From NCBI GenBank assembly GCA_038087875.1, contig CM075996.1, positions 622,001-682,000 on the forward strand: 60,000 nucleotides of DNA, written 5' to 3'. The stretch is from Malacoraja senta (taxonomy: Eukaryota). This document shows, one piece after another, positions 37,055-48,837 of the stretch; positions within the stretch are counted from its first letter, which is position 1; the number at the start of each line of letters is the position of its first letter. Under the pieces are notes generated by a model. That model was not told where the DNA came from and did not search any database. It was given only the letters and a program-made list of their open reading frames with translations. The translations under genes and the position numbers were made by a program.

Positions 37055-37310
37055 AACCACTGCCTCACGGTGCGAGTCCATGTAGAATGAATGTAGCGGG
37101 AACGTCGGAGCTCGTGGATGTAACTTAGCGACTCGTAACGCTAACGGCAGGTACTCGGGAAATTTGTTAACTCGTGAAAAATTTTCAACATGTTGAAAGA
37201 TTTCCACGAGTCAAATTTACTCCTGAAGGAAAAATTTGAAACGTTTAAACTCGTTGTAATACCGTAGTAGCCCGTGAGTTTACCGTAGTGACTCGTGAGT
37301 TACTCGTGGG
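37055..37310. mobile_element. Partial Harbinger-type MITE related to 47152-47481
   Basis: GAATGAATGTAGCGGG..CGGAGCTCG is the reverse complement of the interior of 47152-47481; contains TTTCAACATGTTGAAA. Confidence 0.65.
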
Positions 37311-37577
37311 TTTGGCCTGAGTGCCAGAAGTGAAATGTGGAAGATTAGTCATCTCCGGAGAACGTGGATAGGTGACGTTTCGGGTCGGGACCCTTCTTCA
37401 AACTTTAGACCCTTCTTTCACCCGAAACGTCACCTGTCCATATTCTCCACAGATACTGCCTGACAAGTTGGGTTACTCCAGCACTTTGTTTTTTTTCATA
37501 AACCAGCTTCTGTAGTTCCTTGTGTTCCAAAATGTAATGCTTTATAAATCTCCAGAGATGCTGCCTGTCCCGTGGAG

Positions 37578-38110
37578 TTATACAACATGCAAACAGCCCC
37601 TTCAGCCCAACTTGTCCATGCCAACAAAGATGGCCCATCTATGCTAGTCCTGTCTGTCCGTGTTTGGCCGATTTCCCTATAAACCTTCCCTATCCATGTA
37701 CCTGTCCAAATGTCTTTAAATTTTATTATAGTACCTACCTCAACTACCTCCTCTAGCAGATTGGTCCCTATCCACACCACCCTTTGGTTGCCCCTCAGGT
37801 TCCTATTAAAATCTTAAATCTTTTCTCCCTCACCTTAAATCTGACCTCTGGTACTTGATTCCCTTTCTCTGGGTAAAAGACTCTGTGCATTCACCCACCC
37901 TATCTATCCCCGTCATGATTTTATACACCTTGATAAGATCGCCCCTCAGCCTCCTGTGCAGCAAGGAATAAAATCCGAGCCTGTTCAACCTTTCCCTACA
38001 GATCAGGCCCTCGAGTCCTGGCCACATCCTTGTAAATCTCCTCTGCACTCTTTCCAGCTTAATGACATTGTTCTAATAGCAGGCCGACCAAAACTGATCG
38101 CAATACTCAA
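37578..38110 (-). mobile_element. CR1 3' fragment
   Basis: QRRFTRMWPGLEGL..LRGDLIKVYKIM. Confidence 0.85.
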
Positions 38111-38857
38111 AAGGCAAGTTAGGGCATGGGTCACACCTGAACTGAGCTTGCTTTAAGATTCTAGCTCTCGTCTCTCAAAATTCAACATGCTATTATGCAG
38201 CAGTGTGCAGACACTGGCAGGTCTGAACAATGATGCGCACTGGAGGATGGGGTGGGCTTAGAGTGAGAGAGTGAAGGGAGACATGGAAAGAGCTGTCAGG
38301 TTTGGCAGATCTGTGCAACAAAGAGGAAATGAAGGCTCAGTTCAGGTTCCAATTGGAATTAGTTTGCTGCAGCATGATTATTATCCAAGGCTTTGATCTG
38401 AAACTCTACAAACTGCATGGAGCATGGGAATTAGGGCAGGCTGAGCCAGGACTAACAGATGCAGTGGGAGGCCCCAGGCATCTGGGCTTCAAGGCATTTG
38501 GCTGGGGACCTGATTCTGCCTTGGCCAGCAACTGCACATGGAACAAGAAATAGTCCAAAAGTATGTATATTAGTGTATGAGCTATGCTTTGCAGCCTTCA
38601 ACATCGCTTCTCAGGCTGCTCCATTGTAATCAGAAGTCAATGGACAAGGACTTTAATAATAGGAAACATTCTGAAGCAAGGGACTGCTTTAATGATGCAT
38701 TTAAGGGGAAGTTAACGAGTAGGCGGAGGAACAACCCGATGGAGGTCTTTGAAATTATTAAGGAGCTGGATAGGGTAGGCATATAGATGTTTTCACGATG
38801 ACAAGTCCAGAACCAGGTGCCATTAATATGATAAAAGGACCCAAAGTACTGGAGTAA

Positions 38858-39214
38858 AGGGCCTGTCCCACTTGGCCGTCATTTGCGCCTCATTTACTCG
38901 TCATATGTAAAATGGGTCGACACGTCGTGACGCGTGGGGTGCGCATGCATTGCGCATGGTGAGGTGTGGAATCACATGCAGTGGCGCGCGGTGGTGTGCG
39001 GTATCGCGCGGCGCTCCAGGATTTCGTAGTGTAACGAAATCCTCGCGTGCCACCTGCATGACATATCGCCGCAGGGTATTCCAATGACATCACGCGCTCC
39101 AGACGCCATGATGACGCGTGATTTGCACGTGACGTCGCGCGTAACGACGCGTCGGCCCATTTTACATATGACGTGTAAGTGAGGCGCAAATGACAGCCAA
39201 GTGGGACAGGCCCT
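38858..39214. mobile_element. Harbinger-type MITE, CpG-rich
   Basis: ~75-bp inverted arms from AGGGCCTGTCCCACTTGG; TSD TAA splitting PLE motif TGGAG-TAA-CTCAGC. Confidence 0.9.
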
Positions 39215-40192
39215 TAACTCAGCTAGTGGGACAGACCCTTAACTCATCCTTGGAGAACAAGTATGACCCACTGACTTACTCTGGTGTTTTTGTTCTTTTG
39301 TAGAAAACCAGCTTCTACAGTTCCTTATCATATTAACATTTTTGCCATTAATATGATATTGGTAAAAATGCTGTTAGCTGTGGCAATAAAAATTTTAAAA
39401 TTCAAAAATAAAAAATGCAGATGATGAAAATCTGAAATAAAATTGGAAAAATACTGGATACTCTCACCTTCTGTGGGGAGAGAAAGAGTGTTAACATTTC
39501 AGGTTAGAGACTGAAGGTTAGAGTTTGTCAGAACCGGCAAGGGGAGATGAGAAGTCCGATGAGAATGTGGAACTCGTTCCCACAGAGAGTGGTTGAGGTC
39601 CATACCAGAGAGGTATTGATGGAGAAAATTAGTGCAGACGATGAAAATCTGAAATAAAAGCAGATTATGGTGGAAATACTCAATAGATTAGATATTATTT
39701 GTGGAGCGAGAAATAGATTGAGCCTTTCATCCCGACCGAGAACAGTTAGAAATCAAACAAACTTTAAGTTGAAGAGAAGGGGGAGTGGACAGAGAGAGCA
39801 AGGTTAAATCTGTGAAAGGGTATAGACAGAAGAGACTGAATAACACAAGTGTTGGTGGCACTAGCTGTGAACGGTTAGTGAAGGGTTGTCAATTGCAGCT
39901 GATCAGTCTAGAGGAGGTGTAAAAAGCCACAGAGGAAAACCGAGAAAGAGAAATAAACAATGCTGGAACAGTGTGATACAGACTGGAGAAGCAAACCACA
40001 TAGGTGTAGGAAATATGAAATAAAAGCAGTGAAGCCAAAATTGTTCAGCATGTGTGAAAGAGTATACGTTGCAGGGGTACAGGGAAATGAGAGGAAGATG
40101 GGCTGAGTCGGATTGCTCCCTGGGGAGCTGGTATGGACCTGATGGGGTGAATGACCTCCCTTTGTATCATTATAAGTATAAATTAAGAATTA

Positions 40193-40456
40193 CAATAGGT
40201 GCAGGAGTAGGCCATTCGGTCCTTCGAGCTAGCACCGCCATTCAATGTGATCATGGCTGATCATCCCCAATCAGTACCCCGTTCCTGCCTTCTCCCCATA
40301 TCCCCTGACTCCGCTATTTTTAAGAGCCCTATCTAGCTCTCGAAAGCATCCAGACAACCTGCCTCCACCGCCCTCTGTGGCAGAGAATTCCACAGACTCA
40401 CCACTCACTATGAGAAAAAGTGTTCCTTCATCTCCGTTCTAAATGGCTTACTCCTT
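40193..40456 (-). mobile_element. CR1 3' end
   Basis: CAATAGGTGCAGGAGTAGGCCATTCGG tail. Confidence 0.85.
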
Positions 40457-40545
40457 GTCAGCAGGATCTATGCAGCGGAAAAACTAAATTAATATTTAGG
40501 TTGATGACCTTCATCAGAACTGGCCAGTTCTGACACAAATAGGAA

Positions 40546-40733
40546 AGACAGACACAAAATGCTGGAGTAACTCAGTGGGTCAGACAGCATCTCTGGAGAT
40601 GGATCTGATGAAGGATCTCGACCCGAAACATCACCTATTCCTTTTCTCAAGAGATGCTGCCTGACCCGCTGAGTTACTTCAGCATTTTGTGTCCATCTTC
40701 GGTGTAAACCAGCATCTACAGTTCCTTCCTACA
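40546..40733. mobile_element. Hairpin-shaped PLE end with CTGATGA hammerhead-like core
   Basis: Duplication ACACAAATAGGAAAG; CTGATGAAGGATCTCGACCCGAAACATC at 40605. Confidence 0.8.
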
Positions 40734-41233
40734 CAAATAGGAAAGGCTGGTTATCGGAAGCTGTTGAACATATAATATCCTAAAGGCCGTAATGCGTCCA
40801 GATGGAAGATGAGATGCTGGTACTTAAACTAACAGTTGTCATTGTTATAGTGTGGGAACTCCAAGTCAGTGAAGTCAGGGTGGAAGTGGGATAGAGAATT
40901 AAAGTACAGGAAGGTGGAAGAGTCAGGTCACCTTGGCAGACTAAACATAGCCTTATGGTAAAGCCCCTACAGCAAATAAACTAATTGTTAATACTATGCC
41001 AAAGGATCAGAAAACAACAACTGCGACACAGGTGGTGTGGTACCACAGTTAGTACTGCCGCTGCCTCGCTGCTCTGGTGACCTGAGTTTGATTCTGACCT
41101 CAGCTGCTCTCTGTGTAGAGTATGTACTGTACGTTCTCCCTGTGGGTTTCATGCGGCTGCTCCAGTTTTCCTTCTACATACCAAAGATGTGCAGGTTGAT
41201 AGGTTAGTCAGTCAAGGTAAATTCACTTAATTA

Positions 41234-41605
41234 AGAGCCTGTCCCACTTTCCCGAGTTATTCACGAATCCCCCCTTGATTCAAACTTGCAGAATGTTCGT
41301 AACGAGTCCGTAGGAGTCCGTAGATATATCGTAGCAGCTCGTTTATGCCAGCCGTAGGTACTCGGGGCATCAGGTAAGTTGCAATTTTTCTCCTCCTGAC
41401 AATTTTTTTACTCGTGGCCTTTTTCTATCAGGCTGGAAAAAACGTCCCGACTTACCTGATGCCCCGAGTACCTACGGCTGGCATAACGAGCCGCCACGAT
41501 ATATCTACGGCCTCCTACGGACACGTTACGAACATTCTGCGAGTTTGATTCAATGGGAAAACTCGGGAGAATTCGTGAATAACTCGGGAAAGTGGGACAG
41601 GCCCA
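41234..41605. mobile_element. Harbinger-type MITE, almost fully palindromic
   Basis: CCTGTCCCACTTTCCCGAGTTATTCACGAAT / inverse; inverted arms run ~145 bp; TSD not preserved. Confidence 0.85.
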
Positions 41606-42539
41606 ACCCTCCTCACCTGTTTCGGTCTATTTCCAGCCAGGCTTTGTCCTGCCCTCACCTCACTCCTACCTTGCTTCCACCCCCTCCCCCCTCACCTACA
41701 ATCAGTCTGAAGAAGGGTCCCCACCCAAAACGTCGTCTATCTACATTCTCCAGCAATGCTGCCTGACTCGCTGAGCTACTCCATCACGCCATGTCTTCTT
41801 TTGTAAACTAGCATCTGCAGTTCCTTGTTTCTAAATTTGCCTAATTTGTGGTAAGTGGTTGAATATGAGGGAAGAATATGTGAACTGGGAGATGGAATTC
41901 CTTACTTAACCGCCCCCCCTTCCTCCCCTCCATCCCCTCCCTATCTGTTCTCCTTTAAAACATAGATGAAGGGATTTTGGTCAACTCTACTGTGCTCTTA
42001 TGTGGCCTGGCACCATTTTTTTATTATTGTTTTATCGGTAGTAACTGACATCTTTTGGTAAGTTAAAGGCACTCTCTCCAAAAATAATGTTGGTGTGAAG
42101 TGTCTTAAGTGCAGTGGAACATCCCAAGGCACTTTACAGGAGTATTGTCAAAGAGGAATTGACAGTGAGCCATGTATGGAGACATTAGATATTAGACTAA
42201 AAGCTTTAGAAGTTCTAAGGATGGCAGAGAGAATTAGGGAAGGGATATTGCAGTGCCACGGGCCCAGACAGATGAAGATAAGGCTGCTAATGGTGGCACA
42301 ATTTAATTCAGAGATCAATGATGGAGCAGAATTGATGAACACAAATGATCGTGAAGGGTTCCTATGGCTGAAGAAGGTAGTGGGAGGATTTATAAATAGG
42401 GTACACAAAAATGCTGGAGAAACTCAGCGGGTGCAGCAGCATCTATGGAGCGAAGGAAATAGGCAACGTTTCGGGCCGAAACCCTTCTTCATAAATAGGG
42501 TATTCACTGATTTATTAGAACATTTCTAGTTATTTGTAA

Positions 42540-43000
42540 GTATATAAAATGATAAGGCATAGATAGGGTAGACATTCAGAGCCTTTTTTCCCAGGATGGA
42601 AAAATCAAATACTGGAGGGCATTGCTTTAAGGCAAGGGTTCCCAACCTGAGGTAAATTTACCCCCAGGGGGGTAAATTTTGCCTACCCATGGGGTAAATT
42701 TGTTGATTCCGGATTTGTACATATTCTTTCTCATTGACTGACTGTGTTTGGCTCCGGTATACCGGTATCTGTTCATCATTAGTTGTTCATAAATTAGTGA
42801 AATAACATTGTTATGTGCTATTAAAGTTGCCAGGGGTAAACGGGACGTAAAAGGTCGGGAACCCCTGCTTTAAGGAGAGAGGGGCAAAGTTTAAAAGAGA
42901 TGTGCAGGACAAGTTTTGTACACAGAGGGTGGTGAGTGCGTGGAATATGCTGCCAAGGTTGGTGGTTGAGGCAGATGTGATAGTGGCATTTAAGGGGTAT
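42540..43000 (+). mobile_element. Diverged CR1 3' end (host of hAT MITE)
   Basis: TATAAAATGATAAGGCATAGATAGGG..ACAGAGGGTGGTGAGTGCGTGGAA. Confidence 0.7.
42633..42867. mobile_element. hAT (Charlie-like) MITE
   Basis: TIR CA(A/G)GGGTTCCC(A/G)ACCT; perfect 8-bp TSD CTTTAAGG; internal GGTAAAT repeats. Confidence 0.9.
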
Positions 43001-43014
43001 TGTGGAGTTTCAGG

Positions 43015-43255
43015 GGGCTGTGTGGAGTTTGCAAGTTCTCTCTGTGACCGGATGAGTTTCCTCTGAGTGCTTCGGTTTCCTCCCGCATCTCAAAGATGTG
43101 CAGGTTTGTAGTTAATTGCCCTTGGTGTGTAGGGAGTGAATGCGAAAGTGGGATAACATAGAACTAGTGTGAACGGGTGATCCATGGTCCCACGGACTTG
43201 GTAGGCTGAAGGGCCTGTTCCCACACTTTATCTTTCACTCCATAATTCAATCAAT
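43015..43255 (+). mobile_element. V-SINE 3' part
   Basis: V-domain and GGCTGAAGGGCCTGTT tail. Confidence 0.75.
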
Positions 43256-43996
43256 CAATACACCCTGACAATGTTAGAGTGTCATGCTTATATTGAGCAG
43301 AGTGAAGAGGAAAAATCCAGCACGAGGCATTGTGAGGAAATGATTGAAGCCAAATGGTTAAATAGTTTCCTTGTTCAATCATCACTGGTTCTTAACTGCT
43401 GGCTTCAAAGATTGACTAATTTGAAAGTTTCATTATGTTTCATGGCTGCTGTCGAGAACTGTCACATTTAATGAATATATTTAGCGTTTTGTTAATCGCT
43501 AGATATTTGAATCAATCAGCATTGCCAAAGTAACAAATAATGAAAAGTTTGTTAATCCAATTGCACCGTGTTGTGACTAACATTTAGAGATCTGCTAAAT
43601 GAATAACACCTCACTGTACTGATATCAGTCTAATGTTCCCTTTGGCCGCCAATCGTCAAGGCCTTTGGAACATATTGGGCCAGTTGTTGATGAATCATTG
43701 TTTTAGTTTTTTAGATCCATGCCCAATGGGAATCGAATCAAGGATCCCTAAACTCCTCTATATCAGGTTATTTAACAGCTGCCGAGATGTAGATGGAAGG
43801 AAGGCGTACGGAGCGGCAGAGTGTAGAAGATAGCAATAGAGGGAGGAGGAAGGAATGAGAGAGGGGGGAATGAGAGAGGGGAGAATGAGTGAGAGTGACG
43901 CAGCGTCCACACATTAAAGCACTTCATAACAAATAAATCATCGTTGCGATACAGGCACATGAGGGCTACGTCACACATAGCAAGATGTAGGATAGA

Positions 43997-44450
43997 AATA
44001 GTGCTGGGTTAGCATATGATGAGCGTTTGACAGCACTGGGCCTCTACTCGCTGGAGATAAGAAGGTTGGGGGGGGCCTTATTGAAACTAACAGAATAATT
44101 AAAGGCATAGATCGAGTGGATGTGGTAAGGATGTTTCCACTGGTGGACCATAGGTTCACAGCCTCAGAAGTAAAGGGAGTTATTTTAGAAAGGAGGTGAG
44201 GAGAAACTTCTTTAGTCAGAGGGTAGTTAATCTGTGGAACTCATTGCCACCGAGGGCTGTGGAGGCCAAGTCAGTGGATATTTGTAAGGGAGAGATAGAC
44301 AAATTCTTGATTAGAACGGGTGTCAAGGGTTATGGGGAGCAGGCCGAAAAATGGGATTAGGAGGCAGAGATCAGCCACGATTGAATGGCAGAGTAGACTC
44401 GATGGGCCGATTTGGCCTAATTCTACTCCTATAACTTGTGAACTTGTGAA
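43997..44450 (+). mobile_element. CR1 3' fragment
   Basis: CR1 3' region with (ACTTGTGA)n-like tail. Confidence 0.8.
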
Positions 44451-44502
44451 GATCAAGCTCTAAGAAGGATGGTTGTTGGAGTGAAGATTAGAATTTTTCA
44501 TT

Positions 44503-44880
44503 CATAGATACATAGATACATAGAAAATAGGTGCAGGAGTAGGCCATTCGGCCCTTCGAGCCTGCACCGCCATTCAATACGATCATGGCTGATCATCCAA
44601 CTCAGTATCCCGTACCTGCCTTCTCTCCATACCCCCTGACCCCTTTAGCCACAAGGGCCACATCTAATTCCCTCTTAAATATAGCCAATGAACTGGCCTC
44701 AACTACCTTCTGTGGCAGAGAGTTCCAGAGATTCACCACTCTCTGTGTGAAAAAGTTTTTCCTCATCTCGGTCTTAAAGGATTTCCCCCTTATCCTTAAG
44801 CTGTGACCCCTTGTCCTGGACTTCCCCAACATCGGGAACAATCTTCCTGCATCTAGCCTGTCCAACCCCATAAGAATTTT
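44503..44880 (-). mobile_element. CR1 3' end, tail-to-tail with the previous copy
   Basis: ORF 44602-44946 LDRLDAGRLFPMLGKSRTRGHSL. Confidence 0.9.
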
Positions 44881-45125
44881 GTACGTTTTGTACGACAATT
44901 TTGTACGACAATGAATAATTCCTAATTGTCCAACCACACAGTCCATAATGTCTCATGAAACTTTTTTAAATCTTATACCCTTGTACAAAAATTAGTTGGG
45001 AAATACTAAATAACAGGGAAGCGACCTTTTGAAGTATTTTGTGCACTCCTCCCCATGTCTCTCCATTCTGATCCTAAGCTAGGAGCACTGAAAGCCATTG
45101 CAAGTGCTGGCTGGCATAGGCTACG

Positions 45126-45432
45126 AGGCGGCACATTGGCGCAGCGGTAGAGTTGCTGCCTTACAGCGCCAGTGACCCGGGTTCTATCCTGATTACGGGT
45201 GCTGTCTGTACGGAGTTTGTACGCTCTCCCCGTGATGTACCCCCTCCATGTGGGTATTCTCCGGATGCTCCAGTTGTCTCCCACGTTCAAAAGAGGTGCA
45301 TATTTGTAGGTTAATTGGCCTCTGTAAAAATTGTCCCTAGTATGTAGCAGAGAATTCGTGTATGGTCGATCGCTGGTCGGCATGGACTTGGTGGGCAAAG
45401 GACTGGTTTCCAAGTGGCATCTCTAAACTAAA
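45126..45432 (+). mobile_element. HE1-like V-SINE, full length
   Basis: GGCGCAGCGGTAGAGTTGCTGCC head to CTCTAAACTAAA tail. Confidence 0.88.
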
Positions 45433-46675
45433 TTCCACAAGAAGCATTGTGACAACAACCAGAAAATCAGATTTAGAAATGTCGGTTAAAGCCCAAGACA
45501 ATAGGAATAGAGCATTTTCTCTTCATAATAGTGACAAAAGATCTTTTATATTCATCTGAGAGGGTAGTCATGGGCTCAGTTCAACATCTCTTCTGAAAGG
45601 CATAACCTCCAGTATTGCAGCAGTCCATGTAAGCGTCAGCCTAGATCTTTGTTCATGTGTTTCTGGAGGAAAACCTGAACATTAGATTCGCAGGCTGTGA
45701 ATTAAATAATTACCAACCTCATGTCAGAAGGGAAAAAAGGCACAAAGTGCTGGAGTAACTGAGCAGGTCAGGCAACATTTCTGCATAGGTGGCATTCCAC
45801 ATCAGAACTCTTCTTCAAACTGAAGATTGGGTCTGAAGAAGGATCTCGACCCAAAATGTCACCTATCCAGTCTAAAGAAGGGTCCCAATCCAAAACTTAT
45901 TTATGTTCTCTGGAGATGATGCCTGATCCACTGAGTTACTCCAGCAATTTGTATCATTTTTTGTAAACCAGCGTCTGCAGTGCTTTATTTTTATACTTCA
46001 GAAGGAACCTAGTTGAAACAAGGAACTGGTTTACAAAAAAAGACACAGACCCTGGAATAACTCAGCAGTCCAGGCAGCATCTCTGGAGAACATGGATAGG
46101 TGACGTTTTGGGTCAGGACCCTTCTTCACTCTGAAGGAACTTGTTTGGCAGTAGCCCTGAGGGACACCTTGAGGTTGAGAAAAGTACAACATAAATGCAA
46201 GCCTTTTCTTTGTCTCCTCGATCACTGGGCCATTGAGAAAGCTCAGCTGGTTATTAACTTGAATAAAGTGTCCAATTGATTTCATTTCCATAACGGGCAT
46301 GGTTCATCAGACAGTAAGTGCTGGTCAATGATGCAGCATCTCATCAAACGTGTTGAAGGGGCTAATTCCTTCCCTCCCAGCCCTGAAATATTACTTCTAT
46401 TAGCAAGTGACTGCTGCAGATGGAGCAGAAAAACTGACAATAAAACAAAATAAAAAAATCAGAGCAAGGTCATCCCTTGGCATCATTCAGCAGTGTGCAA
46501 TATGAGAATCTGGCAAAAGGAGGCTACAAAGGTATATAGATAGGTTAAGTGAGTGGGCACATTTTGTGCCAAATTGGATAAATGCACATCTTCTCACAGT
46601 ATACTCACTTAGCCTATCTATATACCTCTTGCCGATTAGGAGAGGGGAGATGAAGGAGTGTCCAGGGTGAGAAGT

Positions 46676-46965
46676 GTACAGAAGTGTGAAAACACTTACC
46701 TCCAGATTCAGGGACAGTTTCTTCCCAGCTCAGGTAACTCGATCATCCTATCACCAACTCGAGAGCGGTCCTGACCTACTATCGACCTCATTGAAAGCTC
46801 TCGGACTTTACCTTGCACTAAACGTTATTCCGATTATCCTATATCTGTACACTGTGGACGGCTTGATTGTAATCATGTACAGTCTTTCTGGTAATTGGAT
46901 AGCATGCAACAAAAAAGCTTTTCTCTGCACCTCAGAATACATGACAATAAACAAAACTAAACTAA
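46676..46965 (+). mobile_element. Rex1/Babar LINE 3' end
   Basis: YRSVKTLTSRFRDSFFPA then UTR ending ACATGACAATAAA(CTAAA)n. Confidence 0.65.
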
Positions 46966-47151
46966 TGTTCTATGAATGCTTCAGTCCTGCTCCTTTTCTG
47001 ACGCAATTCAGGAGAACATATCAAGAATCTGTTCTTGATTAGTACGGGTGTCAGAGGTTACGGGGAGAAGGCAGGAGAATGGGGTTAGAAGGGAGAGATA
47101 GATCAGCCACGATTGAATGGCGAAGTAGACTTGAAGGGCCGAATGGCCTAA

Positions 47152-47481
47152 TAGCCCTGTCCCACGGTACGAGTTCATTCCAAGAGCTCTCCCGAGTTTG
47201 CCCTGATTCGAACTCGGAGATTTACGGTAATGGCCACTCGTCGGTACTCGGGGCTCTCGTGGACATTTTTCAACATGTTGAAAAATCTTCACGAGTCTTA
47301 CCGTGCTTACCTGCCGTTAGCGAGTCTTCCCGAGTACCCTCCGTTAGCGTTACGAGCCGCTAAGAGGCGTCCCCGAGCTCCGATGTACCCGCTACATTCA
47401 TTCTCCGTGCTTACCACGTGTTTGATTTTTTTTTAACTCGGGAGAGCTCTTGGATTGAACTCGTACCGTGGGACAGGGCTT
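47152..47481. mobile_element. Harbinger-type MITE inside a CR1 3' UTR (47030-47505)
   Basis: AGCCCTGTCCCACGGTACGAGTTCA / inverse; TSD TAA splitting GGCC-TAA-TTCTGCT. Confidence 0.9.
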
Positions 47482-48837
47482 TAATTCTGCTCCGATCACT
47501 TATGACAAGTGGCTGTAGATTCTGCTGAGAAATGATTGTGCAGAGTTGTGGAGGTGGTCATGGTCATTTACAGGGAGTGCATTTTTATTTCTTCACATCT
47601 GCACTCCACCCCTCCAACAATATGCACCAGGCCCTTGTGCATGCACAACTGCCTTGCATGTATGACATTCCACGGCACAAAGGCCCTTCATCTGCCAGCT
47701 TCATGCATGCCCGATTTAATTAGTCAGAAGTGTGGTCACAAAGCATGCCTGGCGACCTCTGCCCTGATGCATGTCATTCCCACGCAGGCCAAAGTGGCAA
47801 ATTTAATGACTCGCTCTGAGAACCTTTAACCACGAATTGATCCTGTTGTGTGCAAAATAATTGCAGCCAGTGACAGAATTTCCACATCAGAGAATCCACA
47901 AAAATGCAACTACTTGCATTGCAGAGCCAAAAGAGAAAGATAAAAATATTTCGCTATTTTCAGCATTTTACTGTGTTTACAGGAAAATCTACATTCTCTT
48001 TGAAGGTGGGCAGAGCCACTGGCAAAGAGAGGAGATCTGTTATTTTTAATGTGCTGCTGATGTTTTGCGCTTTACCAGAGGAGAATATTGATGAGTCAAT
48101 TTCCCAGTGATCTCAGGTATTATTGGCCGGGCCGAGTCAATGAATCATGTCCAGGCGGCTCAGTTGCTGTTCAATGAAAACTAATGAGCAAAGCTACAGA
48201 TTTGCATTTCTATAGTGCCTTATGTACTTCTTGGGGATGTCCCAACAGTTTTTGTAGCCCAATTAAGTGCCTTTTAAAATAAAACAAAAGCTGGAAACAC
48301 ACTACTGGTCAGGCAGTATCTGTCAAATACAGAGTTAATGGGCCAGATGGCGGTTCTGACTACCCAGGAGTTCCACAGAGAACTGTGGAATGCATGCCAG
48401 CACGTTTTTGAGATCTGTACTGCCGAATACACACACCTCTCCTCTCATTCTTTCCCTGGACATGTCAACGAGTCCAGGTATTTTCCATAATGTGCTCCAT
48501 GTCACAGGGAGGCTGGATATACTTCATATCTGGCTCCTCAGCTTTAAGCCTGACTGAGGTGGAAAATCTACTGCAGCCCCATTCATTTTAAAAGGGTTAC
48601 TGGAATTCACTTAAAAGCCAAGTGATGAAGTTTTAATTTCTTTCACTGTACAATATTTTATCTTAATTACAGCTATTTAATTAAATATTTTATTTTGTAA
48701 TTTGAGATATTTAAATTTAAAAAATAAATTTTAAATTGTTTTTAAATCTCTTATTATCGTTTCAAGCAGGCAGAGTGATGATCAGGGCCAGTCACTATTC
48801 GCAGCTCAAACCTCCGGCAATAAAGATAATTGGGAGT

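Noticed and set aside
43790..43833. GRKAYGAA resembling the synaptogyrin N-terminus (GGAYGAG)
   Set aside because: The nearby ATG is out of frame, a stop follows within a few codons, and it lies downstream of the later exons
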